Notes: generated by a model from the sequence alone, not told the origin. 12,684 nt of DNA from Octopus sinensis (GCF_006345805.1 NW_021826504.1:1-12684), one strand, 5' to 3'. Counted from the stretch's first letter, positions 1 through 7,897 are shown. A program made the numbers and translations.

Positions 1-26
1 ATATATATATATATATTATATATATA
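1..26. repeat. (TA)n microsatellite, truncated by the window edge
   Basis: Direct reading. Confidence 0.95.
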
Positions 27-64
27 CAACCAATGCATATTTAGACATGATATCAACCTTACAG

Positions 65-196
65 TTGCTGGAGCCATTCGATGTTTTCACGCCTGATCAA
101 AGATCGGAATATGCTTATATTAATGATACACCACCTATTTATGCAGATCAAACTATAAACAACGATAAGACAATAACATATACAAAAACTCCTTAA
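65..196 (+). CDS. Candidate terminal coding exon or decayed ORF: LLEPFDVFTPDQRSEYAYINDTPPIYADQTINNDKTITYTKTP*
   Basis: CAG acceptor at 62-64, then 43 open codons to TAA 194-196. An alternative in-frame acceptor (TTTAG, 40-44) adds MISTLQ. Composition is protein-like, but the polypyrimidine tract is weak and I recognise no homology. Confidence 0.3.
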   Translation: MLEPFDVFTPDQRSEYAYINDTPPIYADQTINNDKTITYTKTP

Positions 197-250
197 AATG
201 ATGTCAAAAAACTAAAGAAAATCGTTGGTAAAACAGCCTAATGCCTAGAT

Positions 251-310
251 GAGTGGTTCTCAACCTGGGACCATATGGCCTTTGAGGGTCCATACAAGAG
301 TTTGTTAAAA
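251..310 (+). mobile_element. hAT-like MITE 5' end fragment
   Basis: (G)AGTGGTTCTCAACC resembles the CAGTGGTTCTCAACC terminus of hAT/Charlie-type elements. 251-299 aligns to 11733-11781 at 35/49 by manual count. Confidence 0.55.
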
Positions 311-315
311 TGTAT

Positions 316-1118
316 GTGCAGCCGTGGCTGTGTGGTAAGAAGCGAGCTGGCAGAACCGTTAGCACGCCAGACGGAATGCTTAGCGGTATTTCGTCTGCCG
401 CTACGTTCTGAGTTCAAATTCCGCCGAGGTCGATATTGCCTTTCATCCTCTCAGGGTCGATAAATTAAGTACCAGTTACGCACTGGGATCGATGTAATCG
501 ACTTAATCCCTTTGTCTGTCTTTGTTTGTCCCCTCTGCGTTTGGCCCTTTGAGGGTAGTAAAGAAATAGGTATTTCGTCTGCCGTTACGTGCTGAGTTCA
601 AATTCCGCCGAGGGCGACTTTACCTTTCATCCTTTCGGGGTCGATAAATTAAGTATCAGTTACGCACTGGACTTAATCCGTTTGTCTGTCCTTGTTTGTC
701 CCTCCTATGTTTAGCCCGTTGTGGGCAATAAACAAATAAGAAGCTTCCTTTTCAACTACATTGTTCCAAGTTTAGTCCCACTGAGTGACACCTTGGACAA
801 GTGTCTTATGCTATAACCTCAGGCCAACCAAAGCCTTGTAAGTGAATTTGGTAGACGGAAACTGAAAGAAGACGATCATGTGTGTGTGTGTGTATCTATG
901 TGCGTGTGTCTGTGTTTCTCCCTCATCACCGCTTGACAACCGGTGTTAGTGTATTTACGTCCCCGTAACTTAGCGGCTCGGTAAAAGAGAGATAGGATAA
1001 ATACTAGGCTTAAGAAATAAGTCCTAGGAGTTGATTTGTTCGATTAAACCCCATCAAAGCGGTGCTCTAGCATGGCTGCAGTCAAATGACTGAAACAAGT
1101 AAATGAATAAATGAATAA
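316..1118 (+). mobile_element. tRNA-derived SINE family A (CORE-like, resembles octopus OR-type SINEs), full length, interrupted by a family-B dimer at 343-736
   Basis: Head GTGGCTGTGTGGTAAGAAG (324-342) resumes at 744 with CTTCC...GTTTAGTCCC...GACACCTTGGACAAGTGTC...GGTAGACGGAAACTGAAAGAAG, an internal (TG)n, and the tail GCAGTCAAATGACTGAAACAAGTAAA. Collinear with the copies at 1152-1454, 2080-2592 and 9560-9943. Confidence 0.9.
343..736 (+). mobile_element. tRNA-derived SINE family B, head-to-tail dimer (second unit 5'-truncated), inserted in SINE A with an 8-bp TSD
   Basis: Head GCGAGCTGGCAGAA, B-box-like GAGTTCAAATTCC and central GCCTTTCATCCT..GGGTCGATAAATTAAGTACCAG. The unit repeats at 386 and 570 (184-bp period). 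TAAGAAGC flanks it at 336-343 and 737-744. Confidence 0.9.
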
Positions 1119-1151
1119 ATTGATTATTTCTTTTTATAATCAAAAAAAAAC

Positions 1152-1454
1152 TTTCTATCGGTTTCTTTTGCCGAACCGCGAGGTTACGGGGACGTAAACA
1201 CACCAGCATCGGTTGTCAAGCGATGTTGAGGGGACAAACGTAGACACACAAACATATATACATATATATTATTATATATATATATATATATGACGGGCTT
1301 CTTTCAGTTTCCGTCTACCAAATCCACTCACAAGGCTTTGGTCGGCCCGAGGCTATAGTAGAAGACACTTGCCCAAGGTGCCAGGCAGTGGGACTGAACC
1401 TGGAACCATGTGGTTGGTAAGCAGGCTACTTACCACACAGCCACTCCATCGCCT
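1152..1454 (-). mobile_element. SINE family A, lacking the 3' tail domain
   Basis: The reverse complement reads GGAGTGGCTGTGTGGTAAGTAG...GGTTCAGTCCC...GGCACCTTGGGCAAGTGTC...GGTTCGGCAAAAGAAACCGATAGA and then stops. Internal (TA)n. Confidence 0.92.
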
Positions 1455-1604
1455 ATTCTTAATAATATTTAATTATAAAAATAACTGTAGGATTGTTTTC
1501 AATATACATCGAATGGCTATGGAGGTCTAGCCGTGTAAAAGAGAAATCAAAGAAGTCCATAGGCAAAGAATGCTTGAGAACTACTGATCGAGATCAGTGC
1601 TCCG

Positions 1605-1779
1605 TCATCGGTATGTCGCGGCACACTGGTGTGCCACGAGACGATGCTAGTGTGCCTCAGTGTAACCTGAATATAATTTTTTCTCTATACATTTAGTTAT
1701 AGTCTTAATTCAGGTGTGCCGCCGAATTTTGAAAAGAATATAAGTGTGCCGCAAGTGGAAAAAAGGTTGCGGAACACAG
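1605..1779 (+). mobile_element. hAT-like non-autonomous DNA transposon, 3' part (left boundary uncertain)
   Basis: Ends in AAAAAGGTTGCGGAACACAG, resembling the reverse complement of CAGTGKTTCYCAACCTTTT TIRs. Subterminal GTGTGCC(GC) motifs at 1629, 1650, 1714 and 1744, plus an inverted copy at 1618. Confidence 0.55.
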
Positions 1780-1855
1780 GTCTAAATCGGATTCAACGGC
1801 TAATTTAGGAAATCAATTTAGATTTGATAGAGAGAAGAGGGGTATTCGAAAATGC

Positions 1856-2056
1856 TTACTCTCCTGATACCAACTCGCCTGAGACCGACCCTGGTTCTAT
1901 GATGCATATTTTGATACCAATTCGCCTAGAACATCCCCTGATTCTATGATAAACCTCTCCATGTTTTAAAGTGATCTATTTAAAATTTCATGTTAAATTA
2001 CATCAAAACATCGGTATTTTCAAAATTAAGGGAGATAACAAAAGGGAATGTGTTAA
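1856..2056. mobile_element. Probable degenerate non-autonomous DNA element (TTAA-CCCTTT-type ends, piggyBac-like) containing a 39-bp tandem repeat
   Basis: Repeat units 1865-1903 and 1912-1950 (31/39 identical) are seen directly. The element identity rests on my memory of octopus repeats and on weak ends (TTACTCTCCTGATACC ... AAAGGGAATGTGTTAA). Confidence 0.35.
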
Positions 2057-2079
2057 ATACTATGGAAAAGGAAATACAT

Positions 2080-2379
2080 GAGCGGGCGTGATTGTGTGGT
2101 AAGAAGCTTGCTTCCCAACCACATGGTTCCGGGTTCAGTCCCACTGCGTGAAACCTTGGGCAAGTGTCTTTTACTATAGACTGGGCGCGGACAGAAGCCT
2201 TGTGAGTGGATTTGGTAGACGGAAACTGAAAGAAACCTGTCGTATACATATATGTGTGTGTCTTTGTGTTTCTTTGTCCCACCCACCCCCACCATAGCGG
2301 TTCGGCAAAAGAGACCGATAGAATAAGTACCAGTCTTACAAAGACTGTATGTGCGTGTCTGAGAGTGTGTGTATGCATG

Positions 2380-2415
<36 letters not shown>

Positions 2416-2592
2416 CGTATGTATGTATGTATGTATGTATGTATACTGTGTGGTGGTGGTACTCTTTGTATGTGTGTATGTTTGTGCGTATGTATGTGTG
2501 CATATTCGGAATATGGGGTCAATTTCTTCGACTAAAAGGCGGTGCTCCAGTGCGGCCGTACTCAAATGACCGAAACAAGTAAAAGAATAAAA
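2080..2592 (+). mobile_element. SINE family A with an internal deletion of about 40 bp and a simple-sequence insertion (about 2345-2508)
   Basis: Head GGCGTGATTGTGTGGTAAGAAG, B box GGTTCAGTCCC, core ACCTTGGGCAAGTGTC, tail CAAATGACCGAAACAAGTAAAAGA. The CGCTTGACAACCG...CCCCGTAACTT segment present in other copies is missing. Confidence 0.92.
2385..2444. repeat. (TATG)n microsatellite within the SINE insertion
   Basis: Direct reading. Confidence 0.95.
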
Positions 2593-2885
2593 TATATATA
2601 TTATATATGCTTTGGACCCTATTCACCCGAAGACGTGCGAGTAGAGAGATGTGATTGGATCATAAGCCGAACACCTCAACCACTAAGACACGGGCCTCTG
2701 GTTGGCCAAGAACTTGTGAATGAAACTTGATTAAACCTGAAATAGTCCTAGACGCCTGTCGTGTATGTGTGTGTTCATGTGTGTATGAGTGCGTGAGGTA
2801 CATACAAGCGAAATTGCCATTATTGACGCCAATTATATGCACAAACAGAAATTTTAGAAGGAGCAACAACTAGCAAAATACAGAA

Positions 2886-2961
2886 ACACACATATACACA
2901 CACGCACACACACACACGCGCACACACACACATACACACACACACACACACACAAACACAC
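2886..2961. repeat. Imperfect (CA)n microsatellite
   Basis: Direct reading. Confidence 0.95.
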
Positions 2962-3401
2962 GACAATTCTAAGTGAGACTGTTCAGGCATCTGTCAACGC
3001 CATCGGTCTAAACGACATTAAAACCGATAATATGTTATTAGTGCTTCAGAATAAGAAAAAAATTCTCAGCCGAGGTTTACACGAAAGTAAATGCTTGTTA
3101 TAGATATAACCACCCAAAAGAAACAAAACGCAGAAATCATAGCAAAAATTAACCAAAAACAGGGAAACTAAATAGTTACTAAGAGTTTTAGAATTGAAGT
3201 ATAAATAAAATAGAAATTTAAAATAATTGAAGGTTTTCTTCTGTTTTATTTGTGAGTTTTTCTTCTGGATTACTTCTTTCCGTTTTATTTTCTTTCTTTT
3301 TTGTTTTTTGTGGGGGGTTTTTTTGTTCGAAAACAGCGCATCTTATATTTGTTTACAATAAAACGTTGATATATTATTTGCTGGTTATGCAGATAACCAG
3401 A

Positions 3402-3503
3402 GATACATGCATACACATACACCCACTTCTAGATATGCCTTCATGTATTTATATATATATACATGTATGTATGTGTGTATATATATATACATGTATGTAT
3501 GCG

Positions 3504-3537
<34 letters not shown>

Positions 3538-3627
3538 CATGTATGTATATATATATATATACATACATATATATAATATACATACTTAAATATATGTATG
3601 TATAGAGATACATATATATGTATATAG

Positions 3628-3688
<61 letters not shown>

Positions 3689-3800
3689 TGTATATAAATA
3701 TATAATATATGGAAAGAATGAACTGCATGTATATACATATACATACATGCATACATACATATATATGTTCATATATATATACACACACACACACACACCA
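3402..3800. repeat. Compound (TA)n/(TATG)n/(CATA)n/(CA)n microsatellite block
   Basis: Direct reading. The sub-unit ATATATATATACATGTATGTAT recurs about three times in 3450-3550. Confidence 0.95.
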
Positions 3801-4126
3801 CGGATACATCCATTAGACACAGCAACACCAACAGATCGCCATTAGTCATGATAGTTTAGACATAGTATTGTGAAAGTGTTTACACCAATGTTAAACAGCA
3901 GGTGAGTCCGTCCCGCCCTGTAATTATCACGTCAGTAATATCAACATATAGTGTTATCCTAAATTAACCATTTACACTTCATAAGTGACACACAGGGTGT
4001 TTTGTGTTTCGCGGGGGTAGAGGCGGCTTTTAACGGGTGTTTAATAAGATCGCGGCAATTGAATGTTGAGATGGATTTCAGAGGCAAGACATGTCATCAA
4101 TAAATCAACACATCCACTCATAATAG

Positions 4127-5478
4127 GTGTGTGTGTGTGTGTGTGTGTGTGTGAGTGTGTGTATATGTGTGTATATGTGTGCATGTGTAGTAAGCATGTA
4201 TGTGTGCGTATGTGTGTGTGAGTGTATGTGGGATTTTTTGAGTGTGTATGTATGAGTGCATATTTGGGTTTTCTTTCTTTGTGCATATATGTGTGTGTGT
4301 GTGTTTGCATACTTTTGTGTGTGTGTGTGTGTGTGTGTGTTTGCATACTTTGCGTGTGTGTTTGTATGCGTGTGCGTGCGTGTGTATGAGTGAGTGTGTG
4401 TGTTTGTATGCTTGTATGCTTGCGTTTGTATATATGTGAGAGTGTGATGGTGAGTGCATGTGTGGTAGTGCTAGTGTTTGTATGCTTGCATCCTTTGTGT
4501 GTGTGTGTGTGTGTGTGGTGTGTGTGTGTGTGCGTTTGTGTGTACGTATGTCTGAGTGTATGTGTGTGTGTATATGTAGTACTTTTTGAATGTGTATGCC
4601 TGTGTGTGTGCCTCTGTGTATGTTTGTGTGTGTGTGTATTTTGGTTTTGTCTATACATGTATGCATGTGTGTGTGTCAGTGAGTATGTGTATGTGTATGT
4701 GTATGTGCGTATGTGTGTCACTGAGTGTGTGTATATATGTGTGTGTGTAAGTGAGTGTGTGTCTTTGCACACTTGTATGTGCATGTCTGAGACTGTGTTG
4801 TTTATGTATGTATGTATGTATGTCTGCATGTCTGTGTATGTATTATGTATGTAGTATGTATGTGTGTGGTGTATGTATGTATGTATGATGTATGTATGTG
4901 TGTGGTGTATGTATGTATGTGTGTGTTGTATAGTATATGTTATGTATGTATGTATGTATGTATGTATGTTGTATGTGTGGTGTGTATGTATGTAGTATGT
5001 GTGTGTATGTATGTATGTATGTATGTATGTATGTATGTATGTATGTATGTATGATATGATTTATGTATGTATGTGTTGTATGTATGTATTATGTATTTAT
5101 GTATGTATGTGGTGTGTGTATGTATGTATGTATGTATGTAATGTAGTATGGATGTGTGTGTATGTAGTATGTATGTATGTATGTATGTATGTATGTGTAT
5201 GGATGTTGGTGTATGTATGTATGTATAGTAGTGGTACTTTTTGTATGTGTGTATGTGTGAGTGCATGTTTTTGCTGTTTATGTGTGTATGCCTGTATGAG
5301 TGTGTGTATGTGTGTGTGGTATTTGTGCAGGAGTTGTGTGGGTGTGTGGATGCTTGTGGATGCATTTATGTGTGTCTTTTTGTGAATATTTGTACGTGCA
5401 CGTGCTATTGCTGTGCGTGTATGTGTGTGTGTGCATGTGTGTGTGCATGCGTGTGTGTGCATGCGTGTGTGCGTATGT

Positions 5479-5552
<74 letters not shown>

Positions 5553-5593
5553 ACGTGTGTGTGTGTGTGTATGTGTGTGTGTGTGTGTGTGTG
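4127..5593. repeat. Long imperfect (TG)n/(TATG)n simple-sequence domain
   Basis: About 1.47 kb of alternating purine-pyrimidine sequence with strong T/G bias on the + strand. Confidence 0.95.
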
Positions 5594-5658
5594 AGACATT
5601 TGAAGGCATTGGTGAGTTTATATACGTATTTATTAACGGGCAGAAAGGTAGATAGTTA

Positions 5659-5862
5659 GAAAGAAAGAGAGAGAAGAGAAGAGAAGAGTGTGCGAGAGAG
5701 GAAGAGTGAGAGGAAGAGAGAGAGAGAGAGAGAGAGAGAAAGAAAGAAAGGTGGAGAAAGTGGGAGAGAGAGAGAGTGAAAGAGAGAATGTGTGTGGTGT
5801 CTTTTTTATTGATATTGTCAAGTGCAAAATGTGCGTTGTGTATGTGAGACAGAGAGGGAGAG

Positions 5863-5897
<35 letters not shown>
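5659..5897. repeat. (GA)n/(GAAA)n polypurine tracts with a short spacer of about 55 bp
   Basis: Direct reading. Confidence 0.9.
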
Positions 5898-5901
<4 letters not shown>

Positions 5902-5917
5902 CACACACACATACATT

Positions 5918-5918
5918 C

Positions 5919-5982
<64 letters not shown>

Positions 5983-5983
5983 G

Positions 5984-6022
<39 letters not shown>

Positions 6023-6023
6023 G

Positions 6024-6092
<69 letters not shown>

Positions 6093-6098
6093 GCAGGC

Positions 6099-6150
<52 letters not shown>

Positions 6151-6151
6151 G

Positions 6152-6207
<56 letters not shown>
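5918..6207. repeat. Compound (GACA)n/(GATA)n tetranucleotide array
   Basis: Direct reading; GATG and GGCA interruptions. A further (GACA)n tract lies at about 6326-6362. Confidence 0.95.
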
Positions 6208-6208
<1 letters not shown>

Positions 6209-6789
6209 TAGCCAGACCGCAACAGAGGCAATGAGAGACAGATAGATTTCTGTGTTTATGTATTTATATATTGTTTTTATTGACTGTGAGCCAGTGAAAC
6301 GCAGAGTGAACGAGAGAGACAAAGAGACAGACAGACAGACAGACATACAGACAGACAGACAGATGGGGGTAGAAAGAGGAGGAGGTGCGAAGGAGTATAA
6401 GGCTAGATTAAGGAACCTTAAGACATTGAGACAACGTCAATTGAAATAAGTTCTTCACCTCTAATATAACAACATATAGGACCTTCAAACAATTTTGAAG
6501 AAGTGGCGGTGGTGGGAGCATTAATGGAATCATTTATGCTGGGTGTCTTTCTATTTCTTTTGGGGTTTTTTTTGTTTTTTTTTTTTTGGTTTCGTGGAAC
6601 AAATTGTTGTGATGGACCCATTTCCAATCCCTTTCCACCTACGAAAGATAACAGTCCGAGACGGGCGGTGGGTGAGGGGGGGGGGGTCGATGGATGGGGC
6701 AAGGAAAGAGAGGTAGGTTTTGGGAAGACTTCTAATCATTACTAATCTTATCACGTTAAAGTAAACCTCGTATAATTGGAAATAGACGT

Positions 6790-6820
6790 AAACACACGCA
6801 CACACGCATACACATACGTG

Positions 6821-6855
<35 letters not shown>

Positions 6856-6925
6856 ATATATATATAAACGGATATTTATACACACTCACACATACACAGA
6901 AATACGCTCACAAACACACATATCA
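6790..6925. repeat. Imperfect (CA)n microsatellite
   Basis: Direct reading. Confidence 0.9.
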
Positions 6926-7064
6926 GACAGCTTTGTGTAAACATAGAAGAAGAAGGCTACTACGTTAATTGGAAACTTTTTTGTTTTTTCGGAGTGTTTT
7001 GGATTTGTTTTTCAAGTAATATGATTTGTTGTCCTGTTATCTTTTATCTGGGGAAATCTTCCGT

Positions 7065-7231
7065 GGTTGTTGTTGTTGTTGGCGTTCATATTGTTATTGT
7101 TGTTGATGTTGTATTATCGTTTATGTCCTGAGTTCAAATCCTATATAACTGACCTTTACCTATCATTGTTCCGCCGTACATAAACTGCATCTCTTATTGT
7201 TGCTGTTGGTGTTATTGTTGGTGTTGTTGTT
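7065..7231. repeat. Two imperfect (GTT)n/(ATT)n tracts (about 7065-7115 and 7194-7231)
   Basis: Direct reading. Confidence 0.85.
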
Positions 7232-7326
7232 TAGTTCTTGGTCAGTTTTGATTGAGAAGACCTATGATTAAAAGTTCAACAACCCCCAAAATTTCAGGTT
7301 TTGTGCCTGTAATAGGAAGGATTATT
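7115..7326 (+). mobile_element. Highly degraded SINE family B copy (B-box fragment plus tail)
   Basis: CTGAGTTCAAATCC at 7128-7141. The tail CCCCCAAAATTTCAGG...GAAGGATTATTA at 7283-7326 matches the tail at 8790-8835 on the minus strand. Confidence 0.5.
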
Positions 7327-7351
7327 AAAGCGTAGAAGGATTATTAAAGCG

Positions 7352-7488
7352 TTGACCTCGTGGAAATTTGAACTCAGAAAGCGGAAAAACGGATGCTATG
7401 CAATTTCTTCCGACGCGCCAAAGGTTCAACCAGCTCACCGCTTTAATAATCCTTCTTTTTATAGACACACGACCTGAAATTTTGGAGG
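7352..7488 (-). repeat. Inverted SINE tail+head segment nearly identical to 8712-8835
   Basis: Shares GCGCCAAAGGTTCA.CCAGCTCACC.CTTTAATAATCCTTCTT.TTATAGACACACGACCTGAAATTTTGGAGG and TTGACCT.GTGGAAATTTGAACTCAGAA.GCGGAAAAA with 8712-8835. Confidence 0.85.
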
Positions 7489-7687
7489 CTGAACCGTTGG
7501 TGCGTTGGAAGAAAATGCATAGCAGCCTTTTCCCCGCCTTCTGAGTTCAAATCTCCACGAGATCACCTTTGTCTTTCAACCAATCGGGGTCGATAAAATA
7601 AACTACTGGTAAAGCACTGAGTCTGATATAATCGACTGGCACCCTTCATTCAAATTGCTAGTCTTGTGCCATAATTTGAAACATAAA
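7489..7687 (+). mobile_element. SINE family B, slightly 5'-truncated
   Basis: CTGAGTTCAAATCTCC B box, GTCTTTCAACCAATCGGGGTCGATAAAATAA core, and tail CAAATTGCTAGTCTTGTGCCATAATTTGAAA. Confidence 0.85.
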
Positions 7688-7688
7688 T

Positions 7689-7713
7689 GCGGCGATCTGG
7701 CCGAATAAATACC

Positions 7714-7804
<91 letters not shown>

Positions 7805-7897
7805 ATAAAACCTGGGGTCGATTTGTTCGACTAAACCCTTCAAAACGATGCCCTAGTACGGCCGCAATCCAATGATTGAAACAAGTAAAAGATAAAA
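7689..7897 (+). mobile_element. Internally deleted SINE with a family-B head and a family-A tail, carrying a (GATA)~22 array at 7715-7804
   Basis: Head GCGGCGATCTGGCCGAA (7689-7705) and TAAATACCAG, then the array. The tail CCTGGGGTCGATTTGTTCGACTAAACCC...TGAAACAAGTAAAAGA matches 1023-1103. Confidence 0.75.

Noticed and set aside
343-440. tRNA-like A and B boxes in the SINE heads
   Set aside because: No cloverleaf or acceptor stem; these are tRNA-derived SINE promoters, not tRNA genes.
275-463. 62-aa ORF, and similar ORFs at 9277-9585, 9456-9719 and 10060-10329
   Set aside because: They lie within or across SINE and MITE copies; chance frames.
2600-2760. Faint SINE-like motifs (minus-strand CTTAGTGGTTGAGG; plus-strand CTTGTGAATGAAAC)
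   Set aside because: Too degenerate to align reliably by eye to any copy in the window.
1998-6346. Long ORFs in the track (HT/YI/CV/SIYL repeats, up to 271 aa), plus similar ones at 10840-11228 and 11818-12129
   Set aside because: They are translations of (CA)n, (TA)n, (TATG)n and (GATA)n arrays, which lack stops in several frames; no coding signal.
5918-7804. Regular arrays that could suggest CRISPR or telomere repeats
   Set aside because: No repeat-spacer structure and no TTAGGG; these are plain tetranucleotide microsatellites in eukaryotic DNA.
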